A DNA stretch of 64,000 nt from Felis catus (lineage: Eukaryota). This document shows positions 49,297-61,230 of the stretch, piece by piece. Both the position numbers and the translations under genes were made by a program. The stretch lies in NCBI RefSeq assembly GCF_018350175.1, contig NC_058373.1, positions 108,316,001 through 108,380,000 on the forward strand. Direction: 5' to 3'. Every line of letters begins with the position of its first letter. Position 1 is the first letter of the stretch. The notes beneath the pieces are model-generated. The model ran no database searches. It was not told the DNA's origin and was given only the letters and a program-made list of their open reading frames with translations.

Positions 49297-49478
49297 AGAC
49301 CACATTCCTCATTAAGACCATAATTAATATATTTTGGTTTGGAGAAATGAACGTTTCTCTCAAAAGTTAAATTTCAGTCGAGCAAAGCTAATACCTCTAT
49401 AATGTCGTGTATGAAAGACCACTGTCCATACTGAATCAGGATGGAAGGAAAGGGGTATAAAGACATTGAAAGTGTTTT

Positions 49479-49676
49479 TTTTTTTTTAATTTTTTTGAGA
49501 CAGAGACAGAGCATGAACGGGGGAGGGTCAGAGAGAGGGAGACACAGAATCTGAAACAGGCTCCAGGCTCTGAGCTGTCAGCACAGAGCCCGACGTGGGG
49601 CTCAAACTCACAGACCGTGAGATCATGACCTGAGCCAAAGTCGGATGCCCAACCGACCAAGCCACCCAGGCGCCCC
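49479..49676 (-). mobile_element. CAN-SINE (young)
   Basis: Perfect TSD gaaagtgtttt (49468-49478 / 49677-49687). Confidence 0.96.
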
Positions 49677-50214
49677 GAAAGTGTTTTGAAATAAAATTTG
49701 AGGTGGTGGTTTTTGCATATTATACAGTTCCTTCACATGGCTTTTTTTTTTTTTTTTTTTTTTTTTTAATGCCTTTGGTTATACCTACTACTGTGCTAAG
49801 GGTCCTGGGGAGATAAAAAAGAATATAGTGAATAAAGAAGACGGAGGATGGGATCATTTGGGTGAAGGTTATTTATTGAGATGATTAAACCAAAACACTA
49901 AGGACCCCTAATAATTTGTGGGTCTTTGAAAATATTTGAGGGTATTTGAGACTTTTAGGCCAAGGTAATATTTGGATGCCATCATATATATTTTATGTAA
50001 AAAAAATTCTTTGACAATCTAGTTAGTGCTGTTATCTATCTTTTGCACCAAGATGTTCTGCTTGCTTCTTATGCTACTATGTTTTCTTTTCATGTATGGG
50101 ATTCTTTTGTTTATGAGGGACCTAGCAAAAATATTCTTCAGTTTTTTTGTGCAAAATGGTAATGATAATATCTACCTAATAGAAATATTACATGTATTAA
50201 ATAAGTTTGCTATA

Positions 50215-50530
50215 TCCTAAATTCAGCTACAAGTGACAGAAAACCCCAAATTACAGTGCCTTAAATAGGTTAGAAGTTTATTTCTATCTCACCTAAACAA
50301 GGTCCACAGGTAGTTTAGTTTGGGGCCATTTTGTTGGCTTCTTGTTCATCAGGGACCCATGCTCCTTCTGTCTTCTTGTTTCACGATTCTCAGCACACCT
50401 CAAAGTTGATCTTAAGACTGATGTTAGTATCTCCTTGGCCAACCGTTAGTCATATGGCCTCATCTGCCCTTTGGGAGTGCTGAGAAATACCATCTTTATT
50501 CTGGGACTGCCATTCACCCAGTTTTTAATT
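50215..50530 (-). mobile_element. Old MaLR MLT1 LTR
   Basis: agctacaagtgacagaaaaccc..agaagtttatttctatctcac..cagggacccatgctccttct. Confidence 0.55.
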
Positions 50531-53500
50531 GGTGGTTCTATTCCTAAGGAGGAAGGAAGAAATAGGTATTAGGAAAAAGCAGTGGTCTCTGGCATGACAG
50601 CCTAGGATAGTGTCTGATGTAAGATGTTCTTCAATTGTTCCCTTTTCTTCCTTCCTCCTTTTCTTTTCCCTCAGCTTTTTATACCTGGGATGAGTCCTCC
50701 TGTGTAGGTTGGAAAGTGTTAAGCCTGAAAAGAGCTTTTTGGCAGTAAAGAGGGAATTCCTGTGGCCATTTTCAGTTAATTTGTGATTGTGGAAGAAAAT
50801 CTTGGCATAGATTAGTATCAAATCATGTGTTGTGCAAAGAGTGTTCACTGTGGACACAAACTGATGTATTAGCATTTGCATTTAAGTAGCTAATTATATT
50901 CTCAGCATTTAAAATTGTGGAAAACAAACACTTTCCAGAATTACTTCGGAAACTATTTAGCACTACATAGACCCATTGTCATTAATAGATGAAAAATAAA
51001 GGATTCTTCTCCAGGATTTTTGGGAGAATATAATTATAGTTTTCCTATGCACAGTTTTCCTATGTGTTCTCTTCTCAGGAAAATTTCAAGGTTAGGCTTT
51101 ATTATGGCTGTCTTTCATATTTTTGCTTTATTTTCCTCTAATGGTCTATGATGCAATGATTATATTCCTCTCACTTTTCACTTGAAGTGAATGAGTCAGA
51201 ATTTCTCACTTTGAAGGTGAAGTCCTGAAAGAGTTATCTGAAAGCTCTGTGAGGGCTTGTGTATGATTAGTGTTTTATCTTCAAGGAAAGGAGTTGTTTT
51301 TTCTTCATCATTGTGGATATTTCACAAGAGTGGAAAACTTGAAAATTCAAGGACTAGAGTCATGGTTCAAATTGTGTAACACCATTGTGTTTATGAGGGC
51401 AGAGACTTTCTCTCCCTCAATATTGGCTAGACTATCAATAAAAGAATATTGCCTAAATGAGCAAATTGAATAAATGAATTGTCAACAATGGTGGGTGATG
51501 TGACTTAACAGCACATGTGTAGAAGATATAGGGGTTTTAGTTAACTTAGGACTCAGTAGGAGTTTAAGTTGTGTCTTCCAAAAAATTGAGATAACAGATG
51601 CTAGAAAGTAAAATAAGGTTGATCCTGCCCGAATTAATGTGCACAATGAAAGTAGAATACATGCTTTTCCTGGTTGAACTTCATGGGAAGCATAGTATTT
51701 AGTCTTTAGTGCCACCCAGTGAAAGACATAGAAGGCATCAAAGTATGAATTAATCATGAAATCTCAGATTGGAGTGAACTTCAGAGGATATGTATTCCAA
51801 TTCCCCTTCTGATTCTTGGATACCCTCTACCATACCCCTAACAAGTGAGTATCCAGTCTCTGTACCTTCCCAGTGATGGGCAACTTAATTCAGTTTGAGG
51901 CATACCATTTAATTTTTCAGAACATTCTTTGTCTATGCTTTGGGAAAAGATGAGTGTGACCAGGAAAATAAAAGAGTGTAAAAATAATGTCTGATGAAGG
52001 CCACTTGCAAGGAGAGCACCTACCAATTTTTAGAAGAGCTGTAATTGTGAAAGAGGAATTGTTTTTGTGTTTGCTTAATAGAAGAAGTGGACCTAAGCAT
52101 GGGCCAGATATTACCTCTGAAGCAGAGGACCTCAGAAGGTTTTATGGGGATGGATTTTAGGGGAATGCCAATACATTCTATGAATGGATTTACAAAATTT
52201 TGTTTGTGTATTTTTCTCTTCTGGGAGATAATTGAAAGCCTTTATCAGTTTTGAAGGGGATTCTTAGTTCCAGAGATTGGAACCACTGTGCTGAGGCTTA
52301 TAACTCTGAGTTTGTACACTTTTTTCAAAAGTATTTATGAAAATAAAATGCCAGGGAAAATAGACTAATTAGACATCCTATAACAATTTCTCAGCTGTAC
52401 TTAAATGACTTCTTTTGTATGAAGTGGGAGTATTTAAAATCTATTACAACTCAACAATAATGGCCCTTCATGCCACATAATTTCACCTGATTTGTTTCAC
52501 AGAGTAACAGCTCAGTTACTTTTCCTGGATTCAGTTTTACTTATGACCTTCTGTGATCCTCCAGGACTTAAATTCCTGGAAGTGTGGCTTTATCTCAGCC
52601 TGAAGCTCTATAGAGCTATTCAGTGAAGAAATGAGTGATTAATATTTGGGAAATAATGTATTTTGCTTCCATGTTATGATATTCATGGGAGACTAGGTAT
52701 TTTGTCTCCATCAAAATCCTGGCTGTGATCTTGAACTTGTGTTTCATTATAGGGGCTGTAGGCACCAATGAGAGAAACAAAGCACTCTTATGATTAGCAA
52801 AATATTTATGGACAGAGTCTGAGTTTAGCCAGGACAGCAAATTACATCTGTTCCCTAAAGGGAATAGTTACTTACGGTTCAATAGGAAATGAATAAAAAT
52901 TTGGAGCAAATTTATCAGGAAGATAATTTTGCTCATAAAGAGAGAACTAATAATGCCACTGAACAGGTGGTTATGAAGTTGAGAAAGAATTATTGAATGA
53001 GTCAGGCAGAAGGTTGCAGTAGCTATCATGGTGAGTCAGACCAGTTTCTCTACCTCCTCTTTAGCAAACATTCCTTTGGTGATTCTCACACTCACATAAG
53101 CATCTAAATTTCCTTCACCCCTTTCAGACGGGAGATGTTTTGTGCAGTTGGAGTGTGCATTATTCACTCCAAAGAGGGTAAAAAGATATTAGGACCTAGA
53201 ATTAGGAAAAAATTAATAACCTTGAGTTAGAAGAAGGGGAAGTATGGGTGCATTTTCAAGGAATATTTAGGTAGCCTTGAAGCAATTACTGAATCAACTC
53301 TTTCTCAAGGAAATACCATACCTGGTTTAACCTACTTTGTGGTTGTGAATGTTCCACAGAGCCAGGTGAGTTGTCAACAACTCTTGGGCTAACGTTGGTG
53401 TCTTAAGGGAAGGGGGACGGTTTTCTTTGAAAGTAGTATATGAACCATAGTAGGTGTAAAATTGGTATTTAATCTATTAAAATTATGTTTTATTCTGAAT

Positions 53501-54611
53501 TAATTTGGGAATTTTTGATGGCTGAGGGTTTAACCCCTGGTGGATCTGTGTCATGTTAATTCGTCTGACTGTGATGGGAAACAGAGGGAGGTTAGGAGTT
53601 GGAGCTAGATGGAGGCTGGAGGTGGAGGGATGCCAGAAAGGAGAGAGAGGAAGTTGACCAGAGCTGTAGTAGGACTGCATTGCTTTGCCCTCTTGTCACT
53701 GGAGATAGGAATGGACATTTAGGGACCCTAAGGGAAGTAGGTGTTAGAAAACTGTTCACTATGCAGCAATTTGCAGGAAGATAGTATATAACCAAAGTTT
53801 CACTTCTCTGCTTGTGTCAAGTTTTAAACTTGCCCTTCAAACTTTGCCCTTGATACAGCCTCTGTTTAGCCTACTTTCTATGTGTCTGATTACCCAGCCA
53901 GGTGTATGCAAGGATTAGTGATCTATAGTCCCCAGAAATCCGATGACAACATGGTTTGGCATTTGAGGACACCTGAATCTTTTACTTCTAGGTGAGAAGG
54001 CCACTCTTCCCGGGATTGGCAGGAGAAGGTGGTGGCAATTACATTTTGTTCTAGTTTGCAAAGCTGGTATTTTTTCTGTAAGATTGGCTCATGTTTGTAG
54101 ATATTGGCCATTCCTCCATTCAAAGGTACACTGGAGGGGTCTGTTTATTTTTTTTAATAACCTGGGTTAAGAACTGAGCATTGCTTTCTTTGGAGGCTAG
54201 TGTGTAGAAAGAATACAGCTTGTTATCAGGAACATGATAATGAGGATAAGTACATAAATAAGGATAAAAGCACATGTCAAAGCACTGTCTCCTGCAGGAA
54301 GAATGGAGATTTAATAGACAGAAGCCTGACACTTCCTGTGTGCATAGTCATTACTAACAACCTGTGAGTGTGGGGAAGTACTTTGTACCATGGAGGAAGA
54401 ACATTGCTAAATGTCTATGAAAAATCCTCATGCTAACCAAATTTTTGCTGCTTTGCCTGCTCAACAGTGGCTTAGTTTTGCTTTTCTATCCATTCTGAGG
54501 CCCAACAGAATAGTGGTTCAGAGACTACTAGTGAAGAAACTTCTGATTATTAGTTATGTAGCCATCTCTCCTAGATGTGCTCAGTATCTCTCTGTAAGAA
54601 CTGTTAGAGCA

Positions 54612-54760
54612 GGGGCACCTGGGTGGCTCTGACTGACTCTTGATCTGGGCTTAGGTCATGATCTCACAGTTCATGGGATTGAGCTCCTTATAGGGCTCTT
54701 CACTGATAGCATGGAGCCTGCTTGGGATTCTCTCTCTCCCTCTCTCTCTGCCCCTCCCCT

Positions 54761-54805
<45 letters not shown>

Positions 54806-54841
54806 ATAAATAAATAAATAAACATAAAAACATAAAAAAAA
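54612..54841 (+). mobile_element. CAN-SINE with long (CT)n
   Basis: ggggcacctgggtggctc head, (TAAA)n tail, degenerate TSD aactgttagagca / aactggccgagca. Confidence 0.93.
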
Positions 54842-56346
54842 TAACTGGCCGAGCAGATTCTGTGACTAGTTTTCTAGTCAAGCCTGCTCACTAACCTCTC
54901 AGGTTTGGCAGACCACACAAACATTGTTGGAGTCACTGGAGGTTTGAGTGGTGGATATGAAATGAGGAAAGAAAATTCTAGGTATCTATGATTTCATACA
55001 GTGAGATGGACAGGAATAGATGAAATATGTGTGTTGTATGAAGAAGAGAATGTACTGGGCAGGTGAAAAAGACAAATTCAGAGGCCATGTGAGGAAGACT
55101 AGCCTGGGAGTTGGGCCATTCATAAAGTGGCCTTGGGCAAGTCATTAATTCTTTTCCTCAGTGGCCTCATGTTTAAGAGGCTGTTGAATTCACTCTTAGG
55201 ACCTCTCTGGATCCAAATATTACCCACATCCCTCCTTCTGGGCTTTAAATGTTTCAGGGGAGAATATTTGCTTCAGTAGTAGTTAGACAAAACCAAAACT
55301 GATACGACCAATACTTTTTTATTTTTTAAACACTTTTTTTTTCTTTTTTCTGTGCTCCCTGATTTAGAGCGAAGGCACGTCTGAAATATATCAGATTTAT
55401 GTTACCACTGCATTGATAGAGCATTTGTGTACCTGGTCAATATGTGTTATGAGAAGCCTGAAATGTGGCTTTGGGTGATCAAATGGGTTTTCTTAGTTTT
55501 CTCCATGAGTACTTCTAAAAAGCATTCCCCAAATTAGCTGTAAGAGTGATTTAAAACTTCTGGTATCTTAAATGTTTTCAAATGTTGTTTAATTGCCTTT
55601 TTTCCCCTTTCTTTCTTTTTTTCTGAAAAAAAATAGTTAAGACTTCTGAAAATATACCACAGTCTTTGTAGAACTCAGTTCACCAGATTGAATTATATAT
55701 AAAGCAGTTATGTGGTGCCATTAACTTAGAGGAGTACTTTAGAATTTCTGGAAACATAAGGCAGTTTTTCCTATGGATTTACTTGAGTGAGAAGGGGGCC
55801 AGCTTGGTTAATCCACCTTGGGAATAATCCTTCTTGCCCTGTGTAGTGCTCACATCTAACATTCTTTACCTGTGGACGCTGGGTACAAAGTGAAGATATC
55901 CTAAAGAAAGACTTCTTTCCATGTGATTCATGCTAGAGCAGACAGTTTGCCCTGCTTATCTCTTTTGCTTCATCCAGGAGCTTTCTGTGCTGCTGTATCT
56001 CACTTCTTTTTATCCAGTCCAGACCTCCTTCCAGACCATCTGCTCACAGAGCCAAATGCTACTGGGAATGTCTACTCACGTCTCATGAGTCCCTCAAGTA
56101 CCACATGCATCCACATTGCTATCTTTCTCTGTCAGCTGGTCCCTTGCATGTGTTTCCTGTCTTTGCGAGTGGTAACAGCTTCCATCTGCCACTTAGGCTC
56201 CAACTCACTCCCCATTTCTGATTGGCTACCAAACCTTGGAGGTTTCAACCTCCTATCTGATGGAACTGCCTTTTCTACCCCATTTGAATTGCTATTGCCA
56301 TCCTTCAGGCTCTCCTTTGGATCAATGTAATGATTTTTAAATTGGC

Positions 56347-56841
56347 TGTATAGGCAGAATAATACTCGCCCCTCCCCAAGAGGTTCATATCCTAATCCCC
56401 AGAGCCTGTGAATGTGTTAGGTTCCATGACAAAGGGTAATTAAGGTTGCTAATCAACTGACCTTATAAAATACGGAGAGTAGCCTGGATAATGCAGGTGG
56501 GACCAATATAATCACAAAAGTCCACACAAATAGAAGAGGGAAGCAGAAGTGGAGCTCAGAGTGGTGTGCCTGGAGGTCTTGATCTGCCCTTGCTGGCTCT
56601 GATGGGGAAAGAAAGGGCCATCCACCAAGGAATCCAAGCTGCTTCTAGAAGCAGAAGACAAGGTAGCGAATTCTCCCCTAGAGCCTCCAGAAAGGAAGGC
56701 AGCTCTGTTGACACCTTGATCTTGGCCCAGAGAGACCCTTTTTGGACTTTTGTCCTACAGAACTGGAAGATAACACATCTGTGTTTTAAGTCACTAAGTT
56801 TGCAATAACTTGTTAAAGCAGCAATAGGAAGGAAACTAATA
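56347..56841 (+). mobile_element. MaLR MLT1D-like solo LTR
   Basis: tgtataggcagaataat..tcctaatccccagagcctgtgaat ... gcagcaataggaaggaaactaata. Confidence 0.88.
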
Positions 56842-58386
56842 CCCTGACCTTCCCACTTCTCTTTTGCCCCCATTCTCAGTTTACTTGCAGAGCTGATGTT
56901 ACTCCCTGGTCTTTAGAACTGTTTGATGGTCCCGCCACCTCTGCATTGTCTTTGTTTACTCAGTGTCTCAACACTTGGTACATAGGAGGCAATGAGTCAG
57001 TGTTTAATGAATGAATGCAAACAGCCCATTTTCAGCATTGTGGTACAATTCATGATTTTCAATTTGAGGAGATAAAACTAAGGTAATCAACTGATTTTTA
57101 GTTTTATACATCCCTTTCTGGGAACAGGATGAAGCAAACATATATGCTGTCTTTTCTTTTTTAAGCTTCTATTGGTTTTAAGTTACATAATAGCATTTTG
57201 TTATGACCAATTTGATGAATTAAAAAAATATATCCCGCGAAGACCACTGTTATTATTTTGATGTGTGACTTCCTAGTTATTTCTACGTCTGCATCTATAT
57301 TTTTTAAAGAGGATATTTCACAAATTTGGAAACTTTTGACTTAGTGTAGTCTGAACATTTTTCTTGCAGCCCTTTTAATGGATGCACAGAATTCCTTTGT
57401 GTGGCTGCTTTAAACTTCATTTAACACCTTTCACATGTTATTGAACTGCACTGCAACTAATATCTTTTCAGTATCATCATGCATACCTATGATTATTTCC
57501 TTGGTAAATTCTTAGAATGTAATACCTGGGTCAGAGACGCTGAAATTTTTATGGTGTTTGATACGTATCACAAAACTGCCCTCCAGGAAAATCACACCAG
57601 TTTGCACTGCCACCAGCGGTGTTCTTTCATCCAGTTGACCTTCATGCTCTTGACATCTTCTGGATATATGGCAGGGCTAGAGAGCATGACATCAAAGGTG
57701 ACAAGAGGATCGTTTTACATTGAAGGTGGGCACTGCTTTAACCAGTTGAACACAGACTGGGTGCTGTGGTCACTAGCCAGCACACCCAGCTCCTTTGTAA
57801 CTGAGACATCCTCCTGTCCTCTCTCCAGAGGACTGGTACCATTGCTACTCAGAAAAGTGTGTGGGTTGGCCTCCCCTTTCCCAGCACCTCAGCTGCCAGA
57901 AACCAAGGGTGGAATCATAGCCCCCACCTGTTTTTATAGACTTCTGGTCTCTGGCAGGAGTCTGTAAAGGAAACTTGGTATGGAGGAAACACAGACCCTC
58001 TTATCTCTCTGAGCTCCCCTGTCTCATTTTTACTCCAGACCTTATTTACTCATGAACTTGAGCTACTATGACTCATGTACACAGTTGCCGCATGTTATGC
58101 AGTATGGAAGTCTCCTTATGTGGTGAAGTGTGAGTCCCATAAATGTCTGCTGAGCGGACCAGCGTGACATCTCTGCTCACTCAACATGAATGACCAAAGC
58201 CTACCAAGCCCAGACTTCCAAGCCCAGGCAGTTTCGACATGGTTGGTAGTTGGCATTGGCTGTGGTTGTCTCTGGAAACACTGACCTGGCATGTACAGAA
58301 GCATTAATAAAATATCAAGTTTATTAGTTGCATTCTCTTTTTTGGTGGAATAGTTTTTACCCTGTGAGTGTAGGGAAGCAAGTCTA

Positions 58387-58400
58387 GTTGCTATGGCAAC
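58387..58400. promoter_or_regulatory. Candidate RFX X-box
   Basis: GTTGCTATGGCAAC, one mismatch from the palindromic consensus GTTGCCATGGCAAC, in unique sequence. Motif only. Confidence 0.5.
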
Positions 58401-59099
58401 ACAAAGCTTTCAGCCACTTGTTTGTTATATTCCTTTTTTGGTTTATGGAGTGGTCTGTGGAGCCTCTTGAAAGATGTGCTGCTTAGTGTTTGACAGTTAA
58501 ATCAACATGCTGCCTGACAGAGATGAGAGCTGGGTGAAGGCAAAGGGACAGGCCACAAAGCTCCTTTCTCATTGTTTGCTTTCACAAAGATTCTGGCTTT
58601 GGAAAGAGGGCACCTGAATCTGGAGCAAGGACTATCACTCTGTGTCTCTAAAATTACAAAGGAAAATCATTGACAGTTGGAACCACCAAACTTGTCTTTT
58701 TCATCCTGTTTTCCCACCTTTCCACCCCCGTCCCTAGATGTGGGAACATATAATGAAGTTATTTTCTCTTGAAAATCTAAGGTGTGAAAACTACTCTAAC
58801 CAGCCCGTGGACCCTGAAACAAAGGAGGTGTTGGGAAAAACAAAACAAAGTTGGCCTTTTCAGGGTAGGAAGTCCCACCGTTGCCTTCTTGCCTGTGCTC
58901 TGAGGAAAGTGTGTGCTTACTGTGTGGTCCTTCCCCAGCGAAAACACTTGGTTGTGTGTGGGAATCTGCAGTTCCTTAGACTCCGGGGACCTGGACCTGT
59001 TTTTTGTGGGTTGGTTCAGTGTGGACAGTGAGATTTAGGTTATCAGACATTTCTAGGATTGCCTACATGGCCAATCATTTGAACATTAGAAAAAACTAT

Positions 59100-59280
59100 T
59101 TTCTTTCTTTTTGTTTTCAATATATGAAGTTTATTGTCAAATTGGTTTCCATACAACATCCAGTGCTCATCCCAAAAGGTGCCCTCCTCAGTACCCATCA
59201 CCCACCCTCCCCTCCCTCCCACCCCCCGTCAACCCTCAGTTTGTTCTCAGTTTTTAAGAGTCTCTTATGATTTGGCTCTC
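59100..59280 (-). mobile_element. Very short 5'-truncated young L1 3' end
   Basis: ttattgtcaaattggtttccatacaacatccagtgctcatcccaaaaggtgccctcc..ccctcagtttgttctcag. Confidence 0.9.
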
Positions 59281-60049
59281 ATTTTCAATTTGAGGTAAAA
59301 GTAAATTTCTATAGCAGAAAAATTATAAAGATACAAAATAAGGAGAAAACTTTAAAAATCACCTGTATTTCGTTCTCACAACCCTCAAATTAACATTTTG
59401 GTGCACATTTTATATGTGTGTATGTATGTGTGCATGTGCATATATATGTACATATGTGTGCCCATATATGTGCATGCATTCATATATGTGCATCGCTGTT
59501 GTTTTTGTAGAAACATGGTATTTTGCTGCATATACCTTGCCTGTATAAATTTTTCATTTGACTATGTATCATGAGGTATTTCCATGCCTATAATAACTCT
59601 AATGATTGCATAATCTTCTAAAAAATTCACATAGATATATTTTGGTCTGGTTCAACCCTTCTTTCAATGTTTGATATTTAGGTAGTTTCTGATTTTCTAT
59701 TTCTTCAACCAATTCTGAGCTTCCCTTCTCATGTACCTCTATGTAAATATCTTTAAAAAGTACCCAGAAAATCAGCAAGTGCTCATTAAATATTAGTTAT
59801 CTAAAATCTTTTTTCAAACTGGAGAATCAGTGTGAGAAAAACCCTCTAATGACTGAAAACACGGAACACTTTATGAACATTTCAATCCTAAAGCTGCCAT
59901 GTTGCTACAGAATTGAGGCATGGTTATGCAAAGGAAACTACAGGAAGAGGTCTGGTTTGGGACTACACTGGTGGGTAAAATGTACTGTAGAATGCATCAA
60001 GCTGCATTGCACCAGGTGCCAAGGAGATGACCCTGCAGCATGGGATGCA

Positions 60050-60210
60050 GCATAGTGGACAGAGATTGGCTTGGGACTGAGGCAAGCTCAGTTTTCCTGA
60101 TTCTCCCACTAATTTGCTTGTACAACCTTGCACAAGTTCTGTTTCCTCATCTGTAAAGTGATAGAATTGTTCTGATTGACCTCTGAGGTTTCTTTCCGAT
60201 CTAAAACTCA
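60050..60210 (+). mobile_element. MIR/MIR3
   Basis: agcatagtggacagag..tctgtttcctcatctgtaaagtg. Confidence 0.7.
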
Positions 60211-61019
60211 GTGGCTTGAAGCCAACTCTGCTCTGTTTAATTCATCTGTGATAAGCAGAATGGACCTTTAATATACCTACTAGAGTTTAAAACTGTGTAG
60301 CCTAGGCAAATTACAACAGTTTTCCTGTAGTGAACCCTAACACTGTTCAGTGAAAGAAGACTTTCGCTTGCCCACCGTCCATTCCTTCTTTCCTCTTAAT
60401 TTTGCCTGAGGGAGTCACCACTACCCATTGCAGATAGTTTGGGTGGTACTTTGTATTAAGTAGCTCCCCCAGCTAAGAGGTCTGTGTGTCCCACCAGCAG
60501 ATACTCAGAGTCCCACAATAATCAAAGCTTATTTGCATTGATAGCAGTTCCCTATCCTGTCCTGTCCACATGCCCAAACTGCTCTCACTGTTTTTCCATG
60601 TTATTGTTCCCTTTTCTTTCTAATCTGTGGACTTTGGATATCTTTTCATCAAAGTCTGGTTTACTTTTTAGCCAGAATAGGATTCTGTTGTTGATAGGGA
60701 AAACCCTACCCCTTCATTGCTGGTGCTGGCCTTGTCCTAGTTCTCCAGTTGACCAGGCCTTTGTGACCAGCAGGCAGATCACTCCCATCTCACTAAGCTT
60801 GTGTGTCATGATCTGTGTCATTGATGGTAATGAAACCAATCTAGTGAGGTTGTTGGTGGAGGTGGGGGGGTCAAGGTGGACCGGACCACGTGATACTGTA
60901 AGGGTAGGGTTGGCACACATTAGAAGCGTGATGAATGTTAGTTTTCCTTCAACAAGGAGTTTCATTAGGAAGGTGCTTGGACTGTGAATTTGAAACCTTC
61001 ACTCGAATATGTCACATAT

Positions 61020-61230
61020 GGAGGCGCCTGGGTGGCTCAGTCGGTTGAGCGTCCGACTTCAGCTCAGGTCATGATCTCACTGTCTGTGAGTTCGAGCCCC
61101 GCGTCGGGCTCTGTCCTGACAGCTTGGAGCCTGGAGCCCATTTCAGATTCTGTGTCTCCCTCTCTCTCTGCCCCTCCCCTGTTCATGCTCTGTCTCTCTG
61201 TCTCAAAAATAAATAAACGTTAAAAAAAAA
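61020..61230 (+). mobile_element. Young CAN-SINE
   Basis: Perfect 15-bp TSD gaatatgtcacatat (61005-61019 / 61234-61248); CpGs retained. Confidence 0.97.

Noticed and set aside
57479..60987. Long ORFs 57479-57967 (162 aa) and 60484-60987 (167 aa)
   Set aside because: No domain or motif recognised and composition typical of non-coding DNA; cannot be supported without homology or expression data.
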